A DNA stretch of 63,853 nucleotides, the filler included, from Octopus bimaculoides (Eukaryota), in the NCBI RefSeq assembly GCF_001194135.2. It is 7 parts of 7 records of this genome, joined end to end, with 100 filler letters (N's around TTAATTAATTAA, not from the genome) between each part and the next. Parts side by side here need not be neighbours in the genome. Positions count along the whole stretch, not along the records: positions 1 to 15,169 come from NC_068997.1; positions 15,270 to 35,378 come from NC_068986.1; 5 more parts are not named here. One strand, written 5' to 3'. The notes below the pieces were generated by a model that worked only from the letters and a program-made list of their open reading frames with translations, was not told where the DNA came from and did no database searches. Shown in pieces: positions 13,432 through 24,703 of the stretch. Position 1 is the stretch's first letter, and every line of letters starts with the position of its first letter. A program made the position numbers and the translations under genes.

Positions 13432-14229
13432 CTAGGAATTGTTCGAGTCACTACCACAATCGGTTTTCCAACGGTTGCTAAAATTGTTTTTCCGCAAGCG
13501 TCTCTGTAGAGTTCTCACGAAGCTCCTTCCAGAATTCCACATGAGAAGTGCGTGAGCGGCCATGTCTCAAGCTCGTATGTGTTGGCACATCCGCAGCGCT
13601 GCTTCTAAGTTATGCACTATACGTGCGGTTTCTTTTTTTTTCCCGCTTTCTTTTTCTTTTTTAATAATACATAAGCATGGTATCAAAAATGAACCTACAC
13701 GCATCCAGATGTAGCTAAATAATATATTCATTACCAACCTCCAGCCGGTTGTTAATTCGGGGCCCTAGTCTGTGTATGAGTAAAGCTTCCTTAATTCTTA
13801 GATTACCCAAATTTCTTTCATTGGTCTCAATTGTGATTGCTATGCTTTTGTCGGTGTTCCGGCATCATAGTGTATGATTTTTCTGATGACGAACGTATGT
13901 ATGTATTTCAGTGATCGTTGAAGGGTAAGGCTGCGGAAGGACGTAGGTAGATGTATGTTCCGGGTGGTGTTGGGAATTATGTTGTTTTTTAGGCAGCGTT
14001 TAAACAAAGTTTATTTGGCATCCGATTTTAGCACGTTTCTCCGATAGCTTGATTAATTACCTAACTGTTGCGAACTCGGCCTAGCCCAGGCGTAGAGATA
14101 GGAGTGTATTGTAGTTCGCTTGAAGTATTGTGCATTGTTTATAAAATATAATGTGTCTTGAACGGCACAACAATGGACTATAATGACTGTTATAATTTAA
14201 TTATTCATAGTTTGATACTAATAATAATA

Positions 14230-14257
14230 TTTCGGAATACAAAAATTCCTTCTTCAG
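14230..14257 (-). ncRNA. Hammerhead ribozyme core (PLE type)
   Basis: Minus: CTGAAGA-A-GGAAT(TTTTGT)ATTCC-GAAA; intact core and 5-bp stem II, weak stem I. Confidence 0.6.
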
Positions 14258-14329
14258 ATATTGCTAGGAAGTGTTCGAATCACTGCTACAATCGGTTTTC
14301 CAACGGTTGCTGAAATAAAAGGAATGGTC

Positions 14330-14685
14330 GCCAAGGTCGACGATTCCTTTTATCCTTTCGGGTTCGATAAAATAAGTACTTGTCGAGAAATAGGGTCAAT
14401 GTAATCGACTGGTCCACCCCTCAAAAACTGCTGGTTCTGTGCCAAAATTTGAAACCATTATCAGTAAATTAATGAAAAGGTGAGCTGGTAGAATTGTTAA
14501 CGCGCAGGACAATATACTGAGCAGCGTTACGTCCGTCTATACATTCCGAGTTCAAATTCCGCTGAGGTCGACTATATCTTTTATCTTTTCCGAGTCGATG
14601 AAATAACTACCATTTGATTACTGGGGTCAATGTAATCGTCAAGCCTTCCAAAATTTCAGACCTTGTGCCTATAGTAGAAAGATTT
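14330..14685 (+). mobile_element. Two tandem SINE-A copies
   Basis: Family-A central domain and tails. Confidence 0.8.
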
Positions 14686-14744
14686 ATTGACGAAAGAGAT
14701 TATAACATTTCATACGCACCATGACGTTAGGATATAGGTGCAAG

Positions 14745-15100
14745 TATAGCTTTCCAACCATCAGGTTTCGGGTTCAGTCCCACTATGCAGTACCTTGTGC
14801 AAGCGTCTCCTACTATTTTCGCGGGCCAACCAAAGCCTTGAGAGTGAATTTGGTTGACGGGATGAGTGTCGAAACTCGTAATTATATGTGTGCGTCTGTG
14901 TCTTTATTCCACTCCCACTGCTTGACAACCGGTGTTGATTTGCTTACATCCCCGAAACTTAGCCGTTCGGCTAAAGAGACAGAACAGAATAAGTAGCAGA
15001 TTTGAAATAAGTGGTTGGGTAGATTTATTCCATTAACACTCTTTAAGGCAGTGCTTCAACATGGCTGCGACTCATTGAATGAAAAAAGTAAAACTATATG
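14745..15100 (+). mobile_element. Decayed full-length SINE family C
   Basis: GGGTTCAGTCCCACT head through CTTAGCCGTTCGGCTAAAGAGAC body. Confidence 0.75.
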
Positions 15101-15115
15101 GGGTGTCACCTCATA

Positions 15116-15169
<54 letters not shown>

Positions 15170-15213
15170 NNNNNNNNNNNNNNNNNNNNNNNNNNNNNNN
15201 NNNNNNNNNNNNN

Positions 15214-15225
15214 TTAATTAATTAA
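15214..15225. other. Artificial scaffold linker TTAATTAATTAA in a 100-bp gap; also at 35423, 51810, 58775, 60921, 62773
   Basis: Identical 12-mer flanked by 44 N on each side; palindromic and stop-rich. Confidence 0.95.
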
Positions 15226-15569
15226 NNNNNNNNNNNNNNNNNNNNNNNNNNNNNNNNNNNNNNNNNNNNTTCCAACTGCAAACCACTTTATAGACAGTAC
15301 TGGCACCACCACCAGGGCCCTTCCAACTGCAAACCACTTTATAGACAGTACTGGCACCACCAATAGAAAGGTTGGTAAATCCTCAGCAAAATTGCACTAA
15401 TGGGACCTCACAATTCTATGCTTTCTCTTATTTCCCATCCACTTTACAATGCATGCTGGGTATATTTTTGTTTTGTAATACTGGCACCAGAGAGGTTCTC
15501 AAGTCCTCTGTAGGACAGGACGAAGGGATATCTCAACTCCATTTTGTCTTTACTTGATCCTCAATCACT

Positions 15570-15755
15570 TTAGAGCGGAGTTTCTCAACCACTCTTTACC
15601 TATGGGTGCCTTTGATTCCTGTATCACTTGGATGTACATCCCTAGCCACCCAATGCTGAAAATAAAAATCATTTTTTTATAATTAAATATTATTAGGAAT
15701 TGAATAAACAAAATTGTTAAAATATTTTGTGTATTGTAGAAGTAAAACCAATTTG
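15570..15755 (+). mobile_element. Possible hAT MITE left part
   Basis: CTTTAGAG followed by CGGAGTTTCTCAACC, resembling the hAT terminus at 44291; right end not found. Confidence 0.35.
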
Positions 15756-15757
15756 AT

Positions 15758-15931
15758 TATCATCGTTTAACGTCCGTTTTCCATGCTGGCATGGGTTGGA
15801 CGGTTTGACTGGGATCTGGGAAGCCAGGAGGCTGCACCAGGCCCCACTTTGATCTGGCAGTGTTTCTGCAGCTGGATGCCCTTCCTAGCACCAACCACTC
15901 CGAGAGTGTAGTGGGCACTTTTTACATGCCA
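15758..15931 (-). mobile_element. RTE LINE 3' end (family D), short
   Basis: CATCGTTTAACGTCCGTTTTCCATGCTGGCATGGGTTGG...GCTGGATGCCCTTCC. Confidence 0.8.
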
Positions 15932-16924
15932 AATATAACAAATTTTAAATGAAAGATGCGTAAATGATATAAATATTTTAAAGAAGTCCTTTAAACAATA
16001 CAAACGAGAAATTAGGCAAAACATATAAAATGATGTCGATAAAAAAAAGATATTATATCAACCTATGTAGTTTGTTGAATGCTTGTATTATATTTAGGGA
16101 AAGCTTCCTTTTGTCAATTAAGAAGCAGAAAATAATGCAAGAGTTTGGAGAACAATTATTATTATCATTGGCCAGCCATTTTGGTGTTGTGACTGGACTC
16201 TTGGATTATTTTCTGGTCCTTGTCTTTATTCACATCACCTACCATATTTTACCTGACTTCTCACCTGCATTGTTTAAAGATCCTTTTAAAAATAAATAAT
16301 TTACAATTGTTAAATACTAGCCAGTAGTTTCGGGGTTTTAATGAACTGAATTAACTAATACCCAACAAATTATACATCTACCCACCACCACCATACACAC
16401 ACACGCACTCTCTCTCTCTCTTTTAAGCTATAGTAAAATCAACTAACTGAAGCGCACACTTTCATTCACCAACATGAAACTTGGCCTGTTATCAGTCTAA
16501 AGATCTCTTCTATTTCTACTACAAAGTCCTCTAAACTTGTTGACTGTATTCTATTTTCACTTAAACTCCCTTCCCACAAACACACCCTACACGTCTCGTG
16601 TTTTCCCAAACACAATCACACGCTGGCTATTTTATATGACTATTAACATTTTCAAGCACATTTGCATATCCTGATTTCCCAGTCAAAGCAAACTGTAAAT
16701 AAATGTCAATGAATTTTTATTAAAAAAAAAAAAAAGAATACTTGAAGATCTCACCTGTTTTCTTCTGCAATTTCCTTTGGACACAGCCAATCGTAGGAGA
16801 CCTTGTGCTTAAACAAGGTATCCTGATTTTGCTAACAAGAAGGTATGTTCCTGTAATAGATGGGCAGAAAGCATACTGTTTTTACAGAGAAATAAACAAT
16901 TGCAATATCATTCATTCTCTTTAC

Positions 16925-17460
16925 AGTGGCGAACTGGCAGAATCATTAGCACGCTGGGTAAATGCTTAGCGGTATTTCATCTGCCGTTACGCTCTAAGTT
17001 CAAATTCCGCCGAGGTCGACTTTGCCTTTCATCCTTTCGGGGTCGATTAAATAAGTACCAGTTACGCATTGGAGTCGATGTAATTGACTTAATCCCTTTG
17101 TCTGTCCTTGTTTGTCCCCTCTGTGTGTAGTCCCTTGTGGGCAATAAAGAAATAAANNNNNNNNNNNNNNNNNNNNNNNNNNNNNNNNNNNNNNNNNNNN
17201 NNNNNNNNNNNNNNNNNNNNNNNNNNNNNNNNNNNNNNNNNNNNNNNNNNNNNNNNNNNNGGTAAATGCTTAGCGGTATTTCATCTGCCGTTACGCTCTA
17301 AGTTCAAATTCCGCCGAGGTCGACTTTGCCTTTCATCCTTTCGGGGACGATTAAATAAGTACCAGTTACGCATTGGAGTCGATGTAATTGACTTAATCCC
17401 TTTGTCTGTCCTTGTTTGTCCCCTCTGTGTGTAGTCCCTTGTGGGCAATAAAGAAATAAA
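16925..17460 (+). mobile_element. SINE-A with alternative tail, duplicated across an N gap
   Basis: Tail TGTCCCCTCTGTGTGTAGTCCCTTGTGGGCAATAAAGAAATAAA; the two copies differ by about one base. Confidence 0.85.
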
Positions 17461-17517
17461 TATTATTCAGTCTTTTGAACTAACTCTGTGTACTTTTATT
17501 TTTGTCATTGGAGAAAA

Positions 17518-17806
17518 AAGAACCATCTGAACATGGCTGATGCCAGGGCTGCCTTCTGTGCCGGTGGCACGTAAAAGGCACCAACTGATCATGGCCGTTG
17601 CCAGCTTCCTCTGGCCCCTGTGCCGGTGGCACATAAAAAGTACCCGCTACACTCATGGAGTGCTTGGCATTAGGAAGGGCATCAAGCTGTAGAAACACTG
17701 CCAGATCAGACTGGAGCCTGGTGCAGCCTCCTGGCTTCCCAGACCCCAGTTGAACCGTCCAACCCATGCCAGCATGGAAAACGGACGTTAAATGATGATG
17801 ATGATG
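17518..17806 (+). mobile_element. RTE LINE 3' end with (GAT)n tail
   Basis: ...AGGAAGGGCATC...GCATGGAAAACGGACGTTAAATGATGATG. Confidence 0.85.
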
Positions 17807-17999
17807 AAATTACAAGAAAAAAAGACTGCGCACACACACACACACACACACACTATTGTTGTGTATGTGTGTAAAGTCAGTAGATGTGAGAGATGAATAG
17901 AAATATATTCTTGCATATGTCTACAGCCATTTTATAACCTTCATGTAGTATTATCAATTTTGGAATGCAAAATTATACATAGTTGTTTACACGGATGCT

Positions 18000-18260
18000 C
18001 ACCATTGTGGCTGTGTGGTAAGAGGTTTGCTTCCCAACCACATCTGAGTGAGTGTCTGTGTTTGTCCCTCGCCACTACTTGACAACTGATGTTGGTGTGT
18101 TTATGTCCCTGTAACTTAGTGGTTCGGCAAAAGCGACCAATAAAATAAATCCAGGCTCAAAAAGGATAAATAGTGGAGTCAATTCATTCAGCTAACCATT
18201 CAAGGTGGTGTCCCAGCATGGTCGCAGTCTAATGACTAAAACAAAAACAGTAAAAGAAAG
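18000..18260 (+). mobile_element. Decayed SINE family C with internal deletion
   Basis: TGGCTGTGTGGTAAG head, CCCAGCATGGTCGCAGTC...ATGACTAAAAC tail. Confidence 0.7.
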
Positions 18261-18291
18261 AATTGTTTATTCACAGACTGATGCAAATAAT

Positions 18292-19300
18292 GCTAATCCC
18301 TCAGATCATTGGATCAGCAAAGCCATTTCTCAATGTAGTGTCCATTGCAACAGATACATTTATACAATTTCTGAATCCTCTTTGAAAAAATTCACATCTG
18401 CACTATTGTACCCACTCCTTCTCAGCCACATTGACCTCAGCTGTGTCGATAAATTGTTGTTTGCAAACACCATCCTTCATTGCACTGAATGAATGAAAGT
18501 GAGAGGGTGTGCATCCGTCACAGGGAACCACTGACCAATCCTCTTTGTCATTTCTCTGACTTGTTGCCAAAGATGCGTGTTGGTTGTACATCCTCATGGT
18601 GAATATGGATCTCTTTCAGATTATTGTTTGGTCTCTTAATGGCTTCTCTCAACTTTTTCAGTGCCTCAATGTACTGCTCACTGTTCAAGGTGTAGCAACA
18701 TTTCAGACAGTCAAAAGAAATGACACCATTATCATTCTAAAAAACAAAAAAACAGTAATCATAACTTTCTCTGATGATCATTGGTTCTTGAAAGGGAACA
18801 AGATGTGTAACATCATTCTATGGGACTCAAAATTTGTTTCCGGATCATATAGATACACCCACATTTCACCTCCTGTAACCAGACTGAAAAAATGTCTGCA
18901 ATAGTTTCAAAGACTTTCAGTAGAGCAGAGCAGACAGCCACCCTTTTCTCCTTCAAATTGGATGTCAGCTGCTAGGGTACGCATTTGCACATTCAAAATC
19001 TTCCAGCAATTTCTGTTATACATTGTGACTATGATCCTGTTGTGTAGCAAGCTCACAGGTTGTGACCCATCTGTCTGCATAAATCATTTCATCCATTCGC
19101 TAGTGATTCATGCGATTGGTTGTCTCCTACTGTGTGGTTTGTCTTCAGTGCTGGTTTCCCTTTCTTTAAACCTCTCCATCCATCTGTTTATATTGCTCTT
19201 GTCAGTAGTATCATCTCTGCAAACAGTCCATAGGACTCTATGGGTATCAGACAGCCTAATCTTTTATTTGCTTGCAATAGAGAACAATAAAAAGAGTTGA
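18292..19300 (-). mobile_element. Decayed full-length mariner transposase, irritans/Hsmar2-like
   Basis: THRVLWTVCRDDTTDKSNINRWMERFKERETSTEDKPHS, CKCVP*QLTSNLKEKRVAVC, LVTGGEMWVYLYDPET, IHHEDVQP, KCICCNGHYIEK in order, across frameshifts. Confidence 0.85.
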
Positions 19301-20104
19301 TAGAAGAAGAGTTACGTTACCAACATGTTCAATTTGAATGACAGTAAAATAGTTATGTCAACTTGTGCATTACTTTCAGTATATGTGTGTGTAGGTCATC
19401 TCATGCAAGCATGGAAAAGTGAATGTTAAAATGATGATGATAAAGATGTGTGTGTGCCCTTTTTATTTATATGTAAGTGTCCCATCTACTGAAGTTGGAC
19501 ATCTGTTGAGGCAGAAAGACGTCCATGTCTCTCCCCTTTTCTCCAGACAAACAGACTATCTTTTACTTAGTAGCTTGTCAATTTTGAAGAATGTATGTCT
19601 ATGTGTCTCATTCTCCTGGAGTTACAGTAGGACAACTGCTGTGCTGATGATACTTAAAGCAGTAGAAACACATGCCCCCAGCTGTCCTTTTGTCTCCAGA
19701 CAATCATACTGTGTTTTCTTTAATGGCCTGTTAGTTTTCAAGAATTCTTGATTTTTTTTAAAATTACCTCCTCATTTGGAATTGGTCCCCAGTTACCACA
19801 ATGATTATTCTATCTTCTCTGGAGGCAGAGATGATTTCAATAGATAGAGAAATTTAACTGGTATACTGTTTAATAAACTTTTATTTGCTTTTATTCAAAT
19901 ATATACTCCTGGCCACTCAGAGTTACTTATCTCTTTTGTTTCCTGCAGCCATTAATTGAGACACTTTTTTTTTTCTCTCTGTTCATTCGTTTCTGTTGAA
20001 CAATGTAGGCTCAAAATATCACGGACTCTTCCATTTTACCTGAGCATCAAACTAATATACCAAGTTTGTTGTTCCCTCACCTGTCTCTGTTTTTTGTCTT
20101 TTTG

Positions 20105-20321
20105 TACAATTTAGAACCACATACATACTTTCTTTTATTCTTTTCAGTCATTTGACTGTGGCCATGCTGGAGTACTGCCTTTAGTCGAGCAAATCGACCC
20201 CAGGACTTATTCTTTGTAAGCCAAATACTTATTCTATCAGCCTCTTTTGCCAAACCGCTAAGTGACAAGGATGTAAACACACCAGCATCGGTTGTCAATC
20301 GATGGTGGGGGACAAACACAG

Positions 20322-20367
<46 letters not shown>

Positions 20368-20495
20368 ACGACAGGCTTCTTTCAGTTTCCGTCTACCAAA
20401 TCCTCTCACAAGGCTTTGGTCCGCCCAAGGCTATAGTAGAAGGCACTTGCCCAATGTGCCACGCAGTGGGACTGAACCCGGAACAATGTGGTTCT
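20105..20495 (-). mobile_element. Full-length SINE family C with internal (CA)/(TA) microsatellite
   Basis: TTTTCAGTCATTTGACTGTGGCCATGCTGGAG...GCAGTGGGACTGAACCCGG. Confidence 0.9.
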
Positions 20496-20798
20496 TGTAC
20501 CTATATATATTTAGATTAGTTCAACTCTGGGACATATTTCACTTGTAAAAAAAAGGTCTCTTGCACATCCCCACTCACACACACACTCCTAACTTCTCTG
20601 TCCTCACTCACTTCTACTCACCTCATACCGTGAGTTGTCACCTGGACACTTCTTTACCTTTGTCTATCTCCTTGGAAATGTCTCTAGTTCATTTCCGCTC
20701 TCTCCTAAATCTAATTAGCCATGTAGCTCCTCTACAAGAAGACCCTGCTCTACCCCAACCTTTTCTCTTATACCTTAACCCACCCACTCCAATCTAGT

Positions 20799-21318
20799 AC
20801 AGTATTACCTCACTTTACAAGGACCCACTTTTTGAGACCCCGGGTTTATAAGTTTTATTTCGCAGCTCACTTTTGTATAGTGAACTGAAATTTTTCAAGC
20901 ACAAAATCCAAATTTTGAACGAAGTGAAAAGTTTCTGCATGTTACCAAGAAATTTATAGAGAGCAGAAAAAAAGCTTCTTCTAAGCAAACAATTCTAGAC
21001 TTGTTTTTTAAAAAGAAATCTACAAGTGGTGCTGTGCGCAAGTCTAATACGAGAGAAAGTGATTCAGAAAACAGTTATAATAATAATATTTTTTTATTAT
21101 AAATGATCTTGACATTCTTTTTACTTTACATAAAATATTCTTTACATTCTAGTGTCGTTTTATTGCCATTTATTTTACGAGTATTATAAATTTTAGAGGT
21201 AAAATATTCTTCTGGGAACAAATTACGATTTATAACATTGCTACTATGGGAAATTATTGCTCTGCTTTATGAGTGATCTCTGGGAATGAATTAACTTGTA
21301 TATCAAGGCATGACTATT
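20799..21318 (+). mobile_element. pogo/Tigger-like non-autonomous element
   Basis: Left TA-CAGTATTACCTCACTTTACAAG, right end reverse TAGTCATGCCTTGATATACAAG; internal NPNFERS...SKQTILDLFFKK resembles a Tigger transposase C-terminus. Confidence 0.55.
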
Positions 21319-21394
21319 AGGATGCACTCTTACCCCTTTCTCTGGTTATGTACACTTGCAAGCTGAACAGCAACCTCAATAGTGCCAGTGGCAC

Positions 21395-22310
21395 AAAAAT
21401 AGGACACAGTACACACTGTAAAGTGGTTGGTATTAAGAAAAACATCCAGCCCCAGATACCATGTCAAAGCAGACACTGGAGCAGAATGCAGTTCTTGGAC
21501 TCATTGGATCCTATCAAACCATCCAACCAGTGCCAGTATGGAACATGGACATTACATGATGGTGATAATATGTATGTGCATGCATGTGTATTCATTTTGG
21601 CTTCTCAACTGCATGTTTCAGTTGGAAAGAGAACCTCTTGCATCTCATTGAATCCCTGGAAACAGGTGAGGATTAGCACGGAAAATCTGCCTCAATAAAC
21701 TCCACCCAACCCAAGCAAGCATGGGAGGTTGGGCATTAAAGTAATGATGAGGATGTGTGTGCATCTTTTATCGTTTACTTTGTTTCAGTCATTGACTGTG
21801 GCCATGCTGCTTTCGAAAGCAATTACCTGCAGTACTTCTTTCTTTCTGTTTTATTTTTTTTAAGCCTGCTACTTATTCTGTTGGTCTCTTTTGCTGAACT
21901 GCTAAAGTTACAGTGATGTAAACACACTAATACCAGTTGTAAAATGATAGTGGGGGGACAGACAGACCCAAAGACACACACATAATGGGCTTCTTTCGGT
22001 TTCCATCTTCCAAATTCATTCAAGGTTTTGATATAGATGTATGAATGTGTCTGTAGCTATGTGTCATCGTCATCGTTTTAAAATCTGCTTTTACATGTTG
22101 TTACAGGTCAGACAAGAGTGTGTAAGACAGAGTTTCTTTGGTGATACACGCTTCCTGCACCAACCCTACCGCCAACATCCAAGCAAGGTCTTTTCAACAA
22201 CAAACAACCTGGACGTGGTTTGTGTGATGAACTAGAAACAAACCACACTGTATGAATGAGCCTTTTGTTAACAAAGATTGCACATGTCAAGAAGTGGACT
22301 GCAAGCACAG
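21395..22310. mobile_element. Old RTE-tail fragments (21395-21560 and 21590-21752 plus, 22060-22310 minus) around a decayed SINE-C (21765-22030 minus)
   Basis: Degenerate matches to the family D tail and family C body. Confidence 0.55.
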
Positions 22311-22463
22311 AACACAGTCTGTATGAAGAATAAGACTTGTTTAATCAGTGGACCGGCACAACGACGATGGGAGATAGAAACTCCCTCACACAAATGCATG
22401 CTTACATACTTATCCATGTATGACAAGGATGAATATGAAGATCTCCGTGTAGCATAACCCTAA

Positions 22464-22683
22464 CCCTTTCATTACTATATTTATTTTGAGATGCTCTGTG
22501 TTTCTTTCAATTACTCCAAATATAACAAAGAATTTAGTAAAATAATTTTGTTATCATTAAGCTAGTGTTACGAGCATAAATTGTGACTAAAGTTTGGTGG
22601 AAGATTTTAATTCAAAACTTATGAAAGCACAACATTTGTACTCAGAGCCAGAGCCGGTTTCAGCTGGGTTAGTAATGAAAAGG
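22464..22683. mobile_element. piggyBac-like MITE
   Basis: TIRs CCCTTTCATTACT / AGTAATGAAAAGG (12 of 13), flanked by CTAA and TTAA. Confidence 0.65.
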
Positions 22684-23089
22684 TTAATATTTGTTACAAT
22701 TCTTTCAGCACTGCTCCACTTGGAACCATATTACATTTAAATGATTATGTGTGACAAATTATACAAGACTTCTATGAATTTACCTCTTATTAACATAGGA
22801 AGAGTGGGGAATATATATATATATATATATATATANNNNNNNNNNNNNNNNNNNNNNNNNNNNNNNNNNNNNNNNNNNNNNNNNNNNNNNNNNNNNNNNN
22901 NNNNNNNNNNNNNNNNNNNNNNNNNNNNNNNNNNNNNNNNNNNNNNNNNNNNNNNNNNNNNNNNNNNNNNNNNNNNNNNNNNNNNNNNNNNNNNNNNNNN
23001 NNNNNNNNNNNNNNNNNNNNNNNNNNNNNNNNNNNNNNNNNNNNNNNNNNNNNNNNNNATACATACACACACACACCCGCGTGTGCATA

Positions 23090-23250
23090 CAGTCATGGCT
23101 GTATAGTAAGAAGTTCGCTTTCCAATCACAAAGATTTGGGTTCAGTCCCTTTGTGTGGCACCTTGAGCAAGTGTCTTCTACTATAGCCTCAAGCCAACCA
23201 AAGCCTTGTTAGAGGAATTGGTAGGTGGAAACAGAAAGGAATTTGTCATA
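23090..23250 (+). mobile_element. SINE family C 5' half
   Basis: CATGGCTGTATAGTAAG...GGGTTCAGTCCC...GCAAGTGTCTTCTACTATAGCC. Confidence 0.8.
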
Positions 23251-23262
23251 TATATATAAATA

Positions 23263-23900
23263 CAGGGTGCGAAAGGTATTTGAGGATATACCTTTTTGGG
23301 ATCGTTGCTGTATTTTTTGCTCACTCTGTATAATCTTTGTTTCAGAAAATAATGGCAGACCCTCAGCTTACTCAAGAAATGAAGAAGCATGCTGTTATTG
23401 TGCTGAGCATAGCAATTTAAAAATATCTCAATTTTTTAAAAGTTGCCAGACCTTTCGTCTACAAAATTTGTAAGGAGTGAGAGACTGAAGATGGAAACAT
23501 ATCACCAGCATCAAAGCATAAAAAGCATTCTAAACACTCTGAAATCATCAGAACACCTGAATTTATCCAGCAAGTTCAACAGACCATTGATTACAATCCC
23601 AGAAAATTCATGAAGTCGATTGCAAAAGATCTCCATGTGTCAGAAGGAACAGTCAGAAAGGTTGTCCACGAAGACATCAGATATAAGTCTTATATAATGA
23701 GGAAAGGTCAGTTTATCAGAAAAAGCAAAAGAAAATCACTACATCAGATCTAAAAGGTTCTTAAACAAACTGAAAAATCCAGCAGAAGATTTGATTTGGT
23801 TTTTCTCAAACGAGAAAAACTTTGACCAAGATCAAAAAGTTAACAGAAGAAATGACAGATGGTTATGTGCAGACCCTTCTGAAGTTCCAAGTGTTATGCT
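23263..23900 (+). mobile_element. 5' half of a maT/DD37D-like Tc1-mariner element
   Basis: TA-CAGGGTG terminus; IRTPEFIQQVQ, SIAKDLHVSEGTVRKVVHEDIRYKSY, WFFSNEKNFDQDQKVNRRNDRWLC; several frameshifts and stops. Confidence 0.75.
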
Positions 23901-23904
23901 CGAA

Positions 23905-24150
23905 AGTTGCTAGTTACGCAACACCAGCATCAGCCACATTGCATCCATGAGACCCAGTACTCAAAAGGTGCTTTTTACATGCCACCGGTATGGTTGCCAG
24001 TTACATAACACCAACAACAGCCATAGCTATAATTTCACTTGGCTTGACAGATCTTCTCAAGCATAGCATATCACCAAAGGTCTCAGTCACTAGTCATTGC
24101 TTCTATGAGGCCCAATGTTTAAAGATCATGCTTCACCACCTCGTCCCATG
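23905..24150 (-). mobile_element. RTE fragment spanning the ORF C-terminus and start of the 3'UTR
   Basis: WDEVVKHDL*TLGLIEAMTSD*DLW*YAMLEKICQAK*. Confidence 0.75.
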
Positions 24151-24313
24151 GAGATATATATATATATATATATATATAAAAATTGAGGAAGTGGAAATGG
24201 TAAAATTCAGGCTACATATGTTTCCTAGCTAGCAGATCCTCTGTTGTAATAATTACTCAATGAGGGGCACTCAGCCAGCAGCTACTTATCAGGCAAATGA
24301 TACTACCTCATAG

Positions 24314-24349
<36 letters not shown>

Positions 24350-24494
24350 CATACATACATATTTGCATTTCCTTAACTTTATGATCTCTTTATATTTTCC
24401 TTTTTGCATATGGAGATTTACATGCATGTACGTGCACATTGATACTCTGGGCATCCTGTGATGTGCACCAATATGCATGTATATTTACTATGAG

Positions 24495-24655
24495 GTAGTG
24501 TCTTGGAGAAATTTCGAACCTGGGTTATCATTCCTAAGGTATTTTTCAATGTTATTATTATTATTATTCAGGTCACTGCCTGGAATCGAACTCTGTCAAA
24601 TGTAAATAATGTACATAATTACTCGTCTCTTAAATATAGAACTGTAAGATATAAG
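24495..24655. mobile_element. Rearranged PLE terminal fragment related to 37175-37330
   Basis: Reverse copy of AAAATACCTTAGGAATGAGAACC joined to forward GTCAAATGTAAATAATGTA. Confidence 0.55.
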
Positions 24656-24703
24656 TTTGTTGCGTGTTACTGAATTAGTTTTTGTAGTGTTGTAACACTG
24701 TTA

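Larger units (their letters stand above)
13302..14314 (-). mobile_element. Penelope-like element remnant: GIY-YIG C-terminus between two ~170-bp direct repeats (pseudo-LTRs)
   Basis: Direct repeats 13302-13482 and 14147-14314; minus-strand IGET (~14040) and LRIKEALLIHRLGPRINNR (~13740-13800); hammerhead-like cores in both repeats. Confidence 0.7.

Noticed and set aside
16960-17460. 200-bp direct duplication
   Set aside because: Near-identical sequence on both sides of an N gap, typical of an unmerged contig or haplotype overlap; the same applies to 30409-30497 and probably 15270-15362.
22454-22466. Telomere-like TAACCCTAACCC
   Set aside because: Only two units, overlapping a MITE terminus.
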